From contig OZ024741.1 of assembly GCA_964016885.1 (NCBI GenBank), positions 394,568,001 through 394,632,000 on the forward strand: a DNA stretch of 64,000 nt. The letters run 5' to 3'. The notes beneath the pieces were generated by a model. That model was not told the origin of the DNA, ran no database searches, and saw only the letters and a list, made by a program, of their open reading frames with translations. The DNA is from Eledone cirrhosa. Lineage: Eukaryota. The position numbers and the translations under genes were made by a program. Shown one piece after another: positions 11,703 to 24,900 of the stretch; positions within the stretch are counted from its first letter, which is position 1; each line of letters starts with the position of its first letter.

Positions 11703-14700
11703 CAGTTGCATTTATCTTGCTTTATGTTCATACGAGTTATCACCAAGTCACAACCAGTGACCTCAAGAGACAACAAGGTCCGCCATGTTCAAGAAAGAAC
11801 ATACATATTCACACATGCATCTTTAGTGTTTAGACTTGTGATGTACTTATATTGACAGAATCTTCCTTAGTATATGGGCAGTTCCCATTAGTACTATCTT
11901 TTGTATTTCTCCTATACGCGGGTTTCCTGGGATTTGCGATATGTAATCATTAGACCCCTTAGGTATCATTCCCAGAGCGCCTACAACCACTGGTATTGTT
12001 TTAGTTCTCAATTTCCACATTTTTCCAATTTCTATCTCCAGGTCCTTATACTTGCTCAATTTCTCAAATGTTTTTATAGATACATTCTTGTCTATTGGAA
12101 CAGACATATCAATTAGCAGGCATACCCTCTTTTGAAAGTCTTTCAATATTATATCAGGTCTGTTTGCATCTATTTTTCGGTCTGTTTGGATGCTAAAGTT
12201 CCACAAGATTGAGATGTGATCTTTTTCAAGTATGGGAGGTGGTTGATGCTCCCACCAATTCTTTTGATGGGGCAGGTCAAAATGCTTACACATTATCCAA
12301 TGTATGTATTGTGCAGCTCTGTCATGCCTCTTTAGGTATTCGGTTGGAGCTATAGGACTGCACATTGAAATTATATGGTCAATGGTCTCTGGTTGTTTTT
12401 TGCATACACGACATAATGGGCTGCACCCATTTTTTATAATGTTGGCTTGGTAATTTTTTGTTGGCAGACACTGATCTTGTGCCGATATAATCAGTCCTTC
12501 AGTCTCCGATTTCAGTCCAGAGAATGCCAACCACTGATGGGTTAAAGTTTTGTCAATATCAGGATTGTTAGCTCGCTCTGGGTATTTTCCATACAGAGGC
12601 TTTTCTTGCCATTTCTTAGCCAGTTTCTGTAGCAGTTCTTTCTTTGCAGTTACTTTTACCTGCTTTGCTTTTTCTGTGTTTTCCATTTCAGCAGTAAATG
12701 GGACTTCTGAAATTTGTAGTCCATTACTGTATCTTTGTGCATCTTTTGTAATGGAATATGATCTTTTGATGCTTTCGTGTTTCAGAACGAGTTTGATCAT
12801 CCAATCATGTGATTCCCTTGGATATGTAGATAATCCAATTGTTGCAGTTTTCAACGCAATGTCTAACTGGATTAACCCACGTCCTCCTTCTTTCCTAGGG
12901 AGATATATTCTATCTATATTTGCCTTAGGGTGATGCATTCTGTGCATGGTTAAGAATTTTCGAATTTTTGTATCGAGCCAACGGATCTCTGTGCTTGACC
13001 AGTTGATGACATTGTAACTGTAGGTTACTACTGGTATGGCAAGCGTGTTTATGGCATCGATCCTATTCCTTGCATTCAATTCCGTTCTTAAGATTGCTCT
13101 TACTCTGCGGTAACATTCCTTCCTTATCCTTTCCCTCATTGTCGAGTGCTTGATTCCGTCTCCTTCACAAACACCTAGATATTTGTAAGTTTTTTCTTGA
13201 TCAAGTTCTCTTATCACGTTCCCCCGATTAAGATTAATGTCTGAACTCTTCAGCAGCTTTCCTCTGGTGAACGTTGCTTTGGCGCATTTATCTAGTCCAA
13301 ACTCCATTTTAATGTCATCACTGAACTGCTTCACAGTGGATAATAGCCCTTGCAATTGTTCATCATTTTTTGCAAATAGTTTCAGGTCATCCATGTAGAA
13401 CAGGTGATTAATGGTTTTGTCATAGACTTTATATCCATGTTTTGTTTCATTGAGCATTTTACTTAATGGTATAAGTGCGATGCAGAATAAAAGCGGTGAT
13501 AAAGAGTCACCCTGAAAAATTCCACAATTAATATTAACTTCTCCAGCTTCCAGTGATTTTGTTTCACTATTCAAAAGGAGTGTCGTTCTCCATGTCCTCA
13601 TACTGAATGACAAAAACCTCCTGACAACGGGGGATACTTTGAAAATCTCTAAACATTTTTCAATCCAACTGTGTGGCAAACTATCAAATGCTTTTTTATA
13701 ATCTATCCAAGCAATCGATAGATTTTTGTGTCTATTATGACAATCTTCCAGTATCATTTTGTTAACCAGAAGCTGATCCTTACAGCCATATGAGCCTCGT
13801 TTACACCCTTTCTGCTCAATGGGAAATAGGTCATTTGTTATCAGGTGGTCATATGTGTATTCAGTTAGGACTGATGTTAAAATTTTATACATTGTGGTCA
13901 AGCAAGTTATCGGTCTGTAATTTTGGGGATTGTTTGTCTCATCATTCTTCGGAAGCAGGAATGTAATGCCGTTAACTAGCCGTGAAGATATCTTTTATGG
14001 CTCCTTAACTATTTCATTGTAAAGTTGGGCTAACAGCTCATGAGACTCTGTGAAGGCATTTATCCAAAAGTTTTGTATTTTGTCTTTTCCTGGGGATTTC
14101 CATTTGCTGGTTTTTCTTAGAGCCAAGCGCAACTGTTCAACTGTTATATTTTCCCATGTTTGTTCCTCAAGGTGAGCTGTATCTTTCATTTGTCTGTCTA
14201 TCCATGGGGCATGTATGTTATGAACTTTTTCTTCAGCCCAGATCTTTTCCCAGAATTCTTGCACTTCCTCCTTGGGTGGTATTGATTTAGCAGTTATTGT
14301 TGACTTACCAATTTTTCTGTAGAAGTTTCTTTGGTTGTTTTTGAACATATTATGTCCTTATAGAATCTAGATCGTTTTTCAAAGCGCCTTATACGAGCAG
14401 CTTTGGCCGACACTTTTTGCTTGATTATTTCTATCAGCATGTCTATGTCACATGTTGATTTTATACTGTACTTTTTTTTCAATTTTCTAAGTTTAGTTTG
14501 TTTAACATGTTCACCTACTTTATAATTTGTTAAAATTTCTATGTCAGATCGGAGAAGGTTTATTTGGCGATTGATGTTCTCTCGCCAAGTAGATTTCTTG
14601 TGGGAATTCCTTTGTTTTTTTCATCTTCACTCCACATAAGTGAGTGGTGACTTTAGCCGATGCATAATAGAGATGATTTAAATCAGTAATGTTTAGTTTG

Positions 14701-16647
14701 TTTGTGATGATAATGTTTTTGAGAATTATGTTAGTCTTGTGTATTATCTTTTGGTTCTGTTTGGAGTTCTGGATCTTAGGGAGGGTGTCTCGTTGCCCCA
14801 TGTCAGATTCTTTCATTTTCATCCATTCGATCATAATTTCATCCTTCAAGTTGGCAAGTTCATTCTCATTCATTTCTTTATCATTTACGATCTCATTATT
14901 TTCATTTGGAGTTTCATCCTGAGCATGCACTCCCTCCACTTTTTCGATCCTTTCTTTAATTTGTTCTGTTGCCAGTGATTCCGCCCCAACCCTGGGATTC
15001 GAAGTGTTGCAGTTTACCTCGTTTTCACTGACACATGTTTCATTTTCCCTTCGCTGACTTTGTGCTAATAGCTTGATCTGATCAATTTCTATATCAGTTA
15101 GTAACTTTTTTCTTACAATATTTCTTCGTATATTGGCTAGTTTGTTACTGTCAATAGAGCTTCTGTTTTCGGGATGTTTCTTTTTCCAGTTGATATATGT
15201 CTGTTCTGTATTCGATGTATTTGATGGGTAGTACATGGCAGTGTAGAAAGCCTCAAGGACTTCTTTATTATCTTCCCTTGACCATTTTTCTCTCTTTTTC
15301 TTTGGATTTCTTGGTGGTGAGCATGGAGGGCCAACAGTAGGAGTATTCCGGTTATGGGAGGTCTCCAGCTCCGAAGTGATGGGAAGGTTTGAACCATTAG
15401 CTGATTTTTCGACTCCAGTCTGGTTCCTCTCTGAGGGACGCGGCCCTTTTTTACCCGGGTGACGGCCGATCCGGTATGAGATTTTATCATTAGACATTTA
15501 CTTTATTTTGTCGCGTTTTATCCTTATCCGCCAAGGGGTAATCATTTCGTGTTACCACTTCTAGAACGAGTGTCAACCAAGACTAGAGGGGTCGTTCTCC
15601 CCTAGAGACACGGCTATTCCCCGCCGGCCGCCATCCCGGTATTTCTTGGTCATGGGGTTTTCTTTTTGTTGTTTTTTTTAAATTGTTATTATCATGAGTG
15701 GTTCCTTAATGTGAGCATTGCGTGGCTTAAGAATGAAATTATTAATAATTGTCTCCACTCCAGGCACAAGGCCAGCAATCACCCAGTGCATTACAATAAT
15801 ATAATATACTTTTTGTTGTAGTTGGCTGTTATTGTTGTTGGCTATGTCGGTGGTGGTGCCGGGGCTTTTTATATTGTTGGTGAGGAAGGGGTGAGCCAGC
15901 AGTCCCATAGTTGTTGATGTTGACGTTTGGCCGTGGCCAGGCCACTAAGTCAATCTATTTATATCTTTTGCTAGCCTCTCCCTTGTCTAGTGATACCGCC
16001 ACCTTCCCCTTTCTCTCTCAAGTTAACAGGGGAATAGTGGCGGTAGCACTGAAGGAGTGGTGGCGGCGGGGAGATGTGGGAGACAGTAGCGGTGGTATCG
16101 ATACTGAGACAGTGGTGGTGGTGATGTCGATACCGAGGCAGTGGTGGTGGTGATGTGATCGTATTACTGTAGTGATGGTGTTATAGCGGTGGTAGCAATG
16201 AAGGAGTGGTGGCGGCGGTGATGGGATAGTGGTGGTAATGATGGAAGTAGTGAGTGGTGGTGGTGAAATTGCCGTTATCTGGCTGTTGTGTTTAGTGTAC
16301 ACAGAGAGGTGATGGGGTAGGTGTTGTATCTAGTTTCTGGTGTTGGTGAGATTGGTGTTGTTTGGCTGTTCTATATAGCGTAGACAGAGGAGGGGGGGGG
16401 GGTTCTTCTTCCATTTATAGCCATTTTCTTTTTTGAATATACAATGTACAATACAAAGTTGAATATTTGAATATTTGAGCCTTATAACAATATATTTTGG
16501 GTCCGAATTTTTGGGGGCTCAAGCCGGATGCTTTACGTAGCATTTGTACTAAGAGTTGTTATTTCACAAATGATTTAAATATGTTAAAAATTCAAAACTT
16601 GCGGGAGCGATTTCATGACCTTCCGCCACCTCGTGCGTCTTCTTCCC
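11703..16647 (-). mobile_element. Dong/R4-clade RLE element, subfamily B, full length
   Basis: Same domain layout as subfamily A but a clearly different protein sequence and 3' UTR; flanked by (ATT)n on both sides. Confidence 0.88.
11847..15497 (-). pseudogene. Dong-B ORF (RT + RLE) with several frameshifts or stops in the N-terminal half
   Basis: Fragments 14544-15497, 14294-14482, 13995-14348 and 11847-13901. Motifs [70 protein letters not shown]. Confidence 0.92.
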
Positions 16648-16682
16648 TTATTATTATTATTATTATTATTGTTATTGTTATT
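16648..16682. repeat. (TTA)n spacer, slightly degenerate
   Basis: Seen in the sequence. Confidence 0.97.
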
Positions 16683-18799
16683 CCTTGAATCTCAGTCATT
16701 GATGTTGGTTAACTGGAAAGTCCGTTGGATTGAATATCAAGCCACTACCTGCAGCCTCAGATATTCAGGACGTATCGGAGGGTTCTTGCTGTTCCAAGCA
16801 AGCATGCCTTTTGCAGCGTTCCAAAAAGCGTGAAGGGGCCGATTTTCTTTAACCATCCCTGGAAACTTTTGGAGATAGTCCCCAGTGCGCCTATGACAAT
16901 CGGGATCACTTTGACTTCATGGCAGTTCCAAATCCTTTTCACCTCCCACTTTAGGTCCTGGTATCGGTTAATTTTCTCCCTCTCCTTCTCTTGCACTCTC
17001 GTGTCGAACGGGCAGGCCACATCCACAATCAGGCACGATCTTTTTTCTTTGTCCACAACCACCAGGTCAGGTCTATTGTGTTCCAGTTTTTTGTCCGTCT
17101 GTATCCTAAAATCCCACAGCACCTTCACCTGATTGTTCTCCATCACCGCCTCTGGCCTATGCTCATACCATTTCTCAGAATGTGGTAGATTGTTTACTTT
17201 GCACAGGTGCCAGTGGCTCACCCTGCCCATCACATCGTGTCTCCAGCCTTTATAGTGGGTCTGGGCTAGGTGTTTACACTCGGACACAATGTGAGCCACA
17301 GTCTCCTCTCTCTCTCCACAGATCCTGCACAGTGGGCTAGCCTCCTCCTTGTAGATATGGTGCTTCAACCACTTCGTTTTGAGGGCCTGCTCCTGCGCAG
17401 CCATTAGCATTCCTTCTGTAGCCTTTTTGAGGTCTCCTCTTCTCAACCAGTTCCATGTCTGTGGATCTCTAAATTCAGTTTTCTCAAAGAAGGTACTATG
17501 AAGGGGTTTTCCCTTAAGGCTGCTCTTCCTCCTTGATGTTATTTCCTCCCTGGACATCCCCTGGCCTACTGTCCCCTCCTTCAGTACAGTTCTGAGCATT
17601 GGCTCCTTACTATAGGTCACGTATTTGTATAGGTTGTTTTTCTCCATCTGAACACAGTCCTCTATGCTGATAAGACCTCTTCCACCCTCAGATCTCCTTA
17701 GGTAGAGTCTATCGACATCACTCCTCTTGTGGAACATGTTGTAGATAGTCAATAGCTTCCTAGTCTTCCTATCCATTTCTTTCTGTTCAGCAACATTCCA
17801 TCTCAGAATTCCCGCACTGTACCTAATAATAGACACAGCTCGGGAATTTACTGCGCTTATGGCATTTCTGCTGTTCAGATGTGACTTCAATACGCTCCTT
17901 ACTCTCCGAATGTATTCAGTTCTTAACAATTCCTTCATTTTTTTGTTCTTTATGCCATCAGCCTCCAGAACGCCCAAATACTTGTATCCTTCCTCAGAGT
18001 CAATTTCCTTTATCATCTCACCTGTTGGTATCTGGATCCCGTTACTTCTGCTCAACCTACCCCTCTTCATCACAATGACTCCACATTTACCAATACCAAA
18101 CTGCATACATATATCACTGCTGAAAATACGGACAGTGTCAACAAGCACATCCAACTCCTTCTCACTTTTCCCGAAGAGCTTAAGATCGTCCATGAAGAGG
18201 AGGTGATTGATGGTAAGCTCTCCCCTTCCCAACTTGTATCCTGCTCTCACTTTTCGCAGCATAATGGTCAAGGGCATCAGGGCAAGGACAAACAACAGAG
18301 GGGACAGGCTATCTCCCTGGAAGATACCTCTCTTGATCTTCACGCTTCCCAAGGATTCTCCAGTTGATGTCAACTCTGTCTCCCAGGACCCCATACTCCT
18401 GCCTAGCAACTGTCTGATGTTATCTGCCACCCTGAAGATCTCCAGGCTTTTGGTGATCCAGGAATGAGGCACCATGTCAAATGCCTTTCTGTAGTCTATC
18501 CATCCCATGGCAAGATCAGTGTGTCTCCTCCTGCAATTCCCCATTACCATCTTATCAATAAGCAACTGGTCCTTTGTACCACGTGACTTCTTTCGGCATC
18601 CTTTCTGTTCGTCCGGTAACAAGTTGTTTGTGTGGAGGTGATGGTAGATTTCCTCAGACACAATGCTCGTCAACAGTTTCCACATTACGGGCAGACATGT
18701 GATAGGTCTATAGTTGGTAGCATCATTACCCTTGATTCGGTCTTTCATTATCAGAACTGTGGTACCTTTTGTCAACCACTCTGGCACCTCACCCGACAC
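16683..18799 (-). mobile_element. Dong-A copy A2, 5'-truncated; RT-RLE frame open (16757-18799)
   Basis: High identity to the A1 3' half; truncated at SGEVPEW and joined directly to (TAT)n. Confidence 0.93.

Positions 18800-18866
<67 letters not shown>
18800..18866. repeat. (TAT)n spacer
   Basis: Pure run of 67 bp. Confidence 0.98.
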
Positions 18867-18867
<1 letters not shown>

Positions 18868-21842
18868 CTTGAATCTCAGTCATTGATGTTGGTTAACTGG
18901 AAAGTCCGTTGGAATGAATATCAAGCCACTACCTGCAGCCTAAGATATTCAGGACGTATCGGAGGGGTCTTGCTGTTCCCAGCAAGCTTGCCTTTTGAAG
19001 CGTTCCAAAAAGCGTGAAGGGGCCGATTTTCTTTAACCATCCCTGGAAACTTTTGGAGATAGTCCCCAGTGCGCCTATGACAATCGGGATCACTTTGACT
19101 TCATGGCAGTTCCAAATCCTTTTTACCTCCCACTTTAAGTCCTGGTATCGGTTAATTTTCTCCCTCTCCTTCTCTTGCACTCTCGTGTCGAATGGGCAGG
19201 CCACATCCACAATCAGACACGCTCTTTTTTCTTTGTCCACAACCACCAGGTCAGGTCTATTGTGTTCCAGTTTCTTGTCCGTCTGTATCCTAAAATCCCA
19301 CAGCACCTTCACCTGATCGTTCTCCATCACCGCCTCTGGCCTATGCTCATACCATTTCTCAGAATGTAGTAAATTGTTTACTTTGCACAGATGCCAGTGG
19401 ATCACCCTGCCCATCACATCATGTCTCCAGCCCTTATAGTGGGTCTGGGCTAGGTGTTTACACTCGGATACAATGTGAGCCACAGTCTCCTCTCTCTCTC
19501 CACAGATCCTGCACAGTGGGCTAGCTTCCTCCTCGTAAATATGGTGTTTCAACCACTTCGTTTTGAGGGCCTGCTCCTGCGCAGCCATTAACATTCCTTC
19601 TGTAGCCTTTTTGAGGTCTCCTCTTCTCAACCAGTTCCATGTCTGTGGATCTCTAAATTCAGTTTTCTCAAAGAAGGTACTATGAAGGGATTTTCCCTTA
19701 AGGCTGCTCTTTCTCCTTGATGTTATTTCCTCCTTGGACATCCCCTGGCCTACTGTCCCCTCCTTCAGTACAGTTCTGAGCATTGGCTCCTTACTATCAG
19801 TCACGTATTTGTGTAGGTTGTTTTTCTCCATCTGAACACAGTCCTCTATGCTGATAAGACCTCTTCCACCCTCAGATCTCCTTAGGTAGAGTCTATCGAC
19901 ATCACTCCTCTTGTGGAACATGTTGTAGATAGTCAATAGCTTCCTAGTCTTCCTATCCATTTCTTTTTGTTCAGCAACATTCCATCTCAGAATTCCCGCA
20001 CTGTACCTAATAATAGACACAGCTCGGGAATTTACTGCGCTTATGGCATTTCTGCTGTTCAGATGTGACTTCAATACGCTCCTTACTCTCTGAATGTATT
20101 CAGTTCTTAACAATTCCTTCATTTTTTTGTTCTTTATGCCATCAGCCTCCAGAACGCCCAAATACTTGTATCCTTCCTCAGAGTCAATTTCCTTTATCAT
20201 CTCACCTGTTGGTATCTGGATTCCGTTACTTCTGCTCAACCTACCCCTCCTCATCACAATGACTCCACACTTACTAATACCAAACTGCATACATATATCA
20301 CTGCTGAAAATACGGACAGTGTCAACAAGCACATCCAACTCCTTCTCACTCTTCCCGAAGAGCTTAAGATCGTCCATGAAGAGGAGGTGATTGATGGTAA
20401 GCTCTCCCTTTCCCAACCTGTATCCTGCTCTCACTTTTCGCAGTACACTGGTCAGGGGCATCAGGGGGACAAACAACAGAGGGGACAGACTATCTCCCTG
20501 AAAGATACCTCTCTTGATCTTCACGCTTCCCAAGGATTCTCCAGTTAATGTCAACTCTGTTTCCCAGGACTTCATACTTTTGCCCAACAACTGCCTGATG
20601 TTATCTGCCACCTTGAAGATCTCCAGGCTTTTGGTGATCCAAGAATGAGGCACCATGTCAAATGCCTTTTTGTAGTCTATCCATCCCATGGCAAGACCAG
20701 TGTGTCTCCTCTTGCAATTCCTCATTACCATCTTATCAATAAGTAACTGGTCCTTTGTACCACGTGACTTCTTTCGGCATCCTTTCTGTTCGTCCGGTAA
20801 CAAGTTGTTTGTGTGGAGGTGATGGTAGATTTCCTCAGACATAATGCTTGTCAACAGTTTCCACATTACGGACAGACATGTGATAGGTCTATAGTTGGTA
20901 ACATCATTACCCTTGATTCGGTCTTTCATTATCAGAACTGTGGTACCTTTTGTCAACCACTCTGGCACCTCACCCGACACCAAGCAGTCATTGAACATGG
21001 CCGTCAGTTTCGGGTGGAGGGATGTTAAATTTTTAATCCAATACCCCTGCACACCATCTGGGCCTGGTCATTTCCAGTTGGTTAGTTTTTTTGCCTGCCC
21101 CTTAAGAGTTTCAACTGTGATACTCAAATCAGTTTGTTGGTGTGCCTGCTCACCGATCTCCCTCTGTACTGTCTCAATCCACCCTGCCTGGTCATTATGT
21201 CTAACATCCTGCTCCCATATTCCTCTCCAGAATGTTTTAGTTTGTTCCGCCTCAGGGATCAAGTCGTTGCCTCTTTCTTTCCCCTCAAGCTGTCCAAACA
21301 GCATCTTCTGATTGTTGTCGAACATGCGGTTCTGTTTATACTGACTGACTCTGTTCTCGTATCGCCTGATTTTTTCACTCTTTGCTAGAATGCGTTGCTT
21401 CAGTTCCTCTATGATAATATTTAGCTTTTTCCTCCTAGTTTTGTACTTTATTTCCAGTCTATTTTTAGTGCCTATGTTTTTTAGTGTCCCATTCAGTAGT
21501 GACTCAAGCTTTCCTATGTCATTTCTCATTTCCTTGATTTGACCACTCAGTCGTTTCTTCCACCAAGGCTCTGCTCTTTCTTGTCTGTTGTTTCCTCTCG
21601 CTTTTATACCAAGTAGTTTCCTCACCGTATTTGCTGTTGCTTTGAGGATATTGTTGCACTGGTGAAGGCTCCTCGCTTCAAGGTATGGGATGACTTTGTT
21701 TACCTTAGCTGTTGTTTCTTTTAACTTTTTCCTGTCTACAAATCTTAGGTTCATAGGTCTCCCACTATCATTGTTCAATTCATCTACCACTAAATTTAGG
21801 ATGTCAACCGAATCTTGTCCTAGCCCGTCAGCATTCATCTCC

Positions 21843-21843
<1 letters not shown>
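18867..21843 (-). mobile_element. Dong-A copy A3, 5'-truncated; ORF with one nonsense codon near 21068
   Basis: ORFs 21068-21838 and 18929-21052 are colinear with A1; WKSPG in A1 reads WK*PG here. Confidence 0.93.

Positions 21844-21902
<59 letters not shown>
21844..21902. repeat. (TTA)n spacer between two diverging 5' ends (Dong-A3 and Tx1-C)
   Basis: Pure run. Confidence 0.98.
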
Positions 21903-24900
21903 GGCGACCTACGTAGTAAATCGTATTATCGTGAGCTCCGCAAAGGTTTGTTATTTTCAGTTGTTTAAAATTGTCATTTATGGAAAATGTTTATTGTTAA
22001 TGGTATATAAGTGCACATATATTGTTATCTAAAAAGGACACTCAAAAAGATTGGGGCCTTGAGCCCAAAATTTTTATAATTATCAAACAAAAAATTTTTC
22101 TTTGAAAAAAATCATGGACGACTCAGAATCACACCTTCCTCACAAACTAACACCTCACACCGACACCACCATTGTAAATATTACTACGTTTGCCAACACT
22201 AAAAATATAAGCAGTAGCAATATTTTTAATTTGTAGGCAGACATTCATTTCCCGCCATTACCAATGACTGCTGGTGTTGAAGCCGCCACCCCCACCACCA
22301 GCACAGCGACAACAGAAACAAAAGAAAAAAATAAATTATCTCGTGATATCGAAACGAATTCAGCCAAAATGAACTCTTCCACACCGAACACCACTGACGC
22401 CACCACCACCACAACTGCAACTAAAATTAACAATAACAAAAATAACGATAACAACAACAGCAACAATGAGAATAAGAAAACTCTGTCTTTTGCCAGAGTA
22501 TTCCAGGTAACTCAGGGGGAATTAGAAGAAGCCAAAAAAATGGTAAAGATAGATGGGTACAGGGTCAGTGCCCCCCCCCCCACCCCCCACCCCACCTAAT
22601 AAAATGGAACATCGGCGCCTATGCACCGTGTCTTATCGGACGATTAACATAAAATCGCGCCGAGTGGAACGGGCATCCGAGTCCCAAATCCAAAAAGCTT
22701 TGGGACATGTATGGGCCAAAAAAAGCCACATCAGACGTGGGCAGAAATATGGAACCGTGGACGTGTTCTTTGAAACACCAGAGGAGGCCAGAGAACACTC
22801 CATGGCCCCATTAAGAAGTGACGACTTCACACTCGTCCCAAGCTATTGTGGCCAGAGACTCGTGAAGATCAGGGTGACCCACGTTCCACCGGCCATCGAA
22901 ATTCCCTGGCTAGTGGCTGCCGTCCTCGCCGGCATCGGAGCCAACACCAAGATAATGGAAATAGCGAAAGAAAAGCAGGAGAACTGGTCCGGATCTGGGA
23001 TGGAGCTCCTGATCCAAGCGGACCAAAAAAGCATTGAGGAGTTCCCAGAGGTAATAGACCTCACTGACGGCAGCCACCTCACCGTAATCGTCGAGGGCAG
23101 AAGGCCTAGGTGTGTCGTTTGTGGTGAAGGAACCCACCTAAGGGCTTTCTGCCCTCAGGCTAAAAGGTTGAGGCTACGTCTCTTACCCACCCCAGTGACT
23201 CAACCATCAACACCACCAGTAGCAGAAATGGCAGCAACAACTGTAGCAGCAACAACAGAAGCAACTGTAACAGCAACAACCCCAGCAACAGTAGCAAAAA
23301 CAACACCACCACCACCCAACGCGCCAGAACTAGCACCAGCACCTACACATTCCACCACGCCATAACCAAAACCAACGCCTGTGGAGGATTTTCCACTCCC
23401 CGGCTTATCGCAACTGGAGACAGATTGTGACGACGAGGAGTGGGAAACGGTATCAGAAAAAAAGAAAAAAAGAAAAAATCCCCTTCCTTCCCCCTCCAAA
23501 AACAAAATACAGAGGGAAACAAATAAACTATCAAACAAAAAAGTTAGGACAGCTATGCCACCATCCACACCAGCATCACCAACCCCATCACCACAAACAC
23601 GAACACCATCACCATCATTAACCCCAACACCACCATCACCAACACCACAAAAGTCACCAAAAAGCGAAACAGAAACAAACCCACAACAAACGCAAACAAA
23701 ACAAAACAACCAAAACGATACACACTACACAGCAATAAATTTGAACAACAACCAATTATTACACTACATCCAACACAACACCAGCATCACAGAAAAAGAC
23801 TACACAACAACCCAAAAGTTCACACCACCTCCACACATACAAATCACTCGCATCACACAGAAAACGTACACGACACTAAAGCAAAAATTCCCCCAAAGAC
23901 ATCGGAGACTTCCGACAAGCACTCTCCAGGAGGATTTATAAGGACATCCTTCCGGAGGAGGCCAGAAGCAATGAAAAGGATGGAGAAACCATCCTTCCCC
24001 TACGAGAAGTAAGGTAAGTGGTCTTTCCCATTTTTTTCACTCCATTTCAACATGACCTCATTCAGAATAGGCAGCATAAATGCGCGTGGCGTGGGGTCGT
24101 CATGGAAGCAGGGCCACCTGCTCAACGACCTCAGGTCACTAAACATAGATGTAGTGACCATCAGCGAGACCAGAATCTCCGAAGCACGGGCCTTCGCACC
24201 GATCTTCGGCGACTACGATGTGTACGCATCTCCCAGCCGTCCTGGATCGGGGGTGGGGAGGAGTTGCTGTGCTTTTTCGGAGAGGTTTGGATCTCGCCAT
24301 ACGGTCCATCTTCCTGGACCCAGAGGGTAAGTTGGTGGTACTGGACGTGACCAGCGGAGACGGGCAAGCTTTCAGGCTAGTGGCCATCTATGCCCCGACA
24401 GGAGCAGGGCGGCCTAATTTCTTCCGGCGTCTGGAGACCTTTCTTGGAACGTTCCGCTCTTTAGTGTTAGTGGGCGACTGGAACGGGATCTTAGATGCAC
24501 GCTGGGACTGTGTGGGATTAGCGGATAGGGGAGGAGGGTGCAAGAACCTCACCAACCTGCTCAGGCGTTTTGAACTGTCTGACAGGTACCGATTGGATTT
24601 CCCGAATGTGCCAATGTGGCTTGGACAAATCGCATCGGGTCATCCAGATAACATCTAGATAGAGTATTTTGTAGGGAAATAGATAGGTCTAGCATAGGCT
24701 GTCCACAATTCAAGATAGTCAGCTACACGGACCACAAATTCGTGATCTGTGTGCTTGACTTAGATAGGCTTCATAGACGAGGACCCGGCGACTGGAAGCT
24801 AAACGCATCCTTACCAGCGCGCAAGGCCTACAGAGACCGGATTAGCGAACTAGTTAAGCGGGCGTTGACGGGGGCCATCGTCAACAACAAGTGGTGGTTT

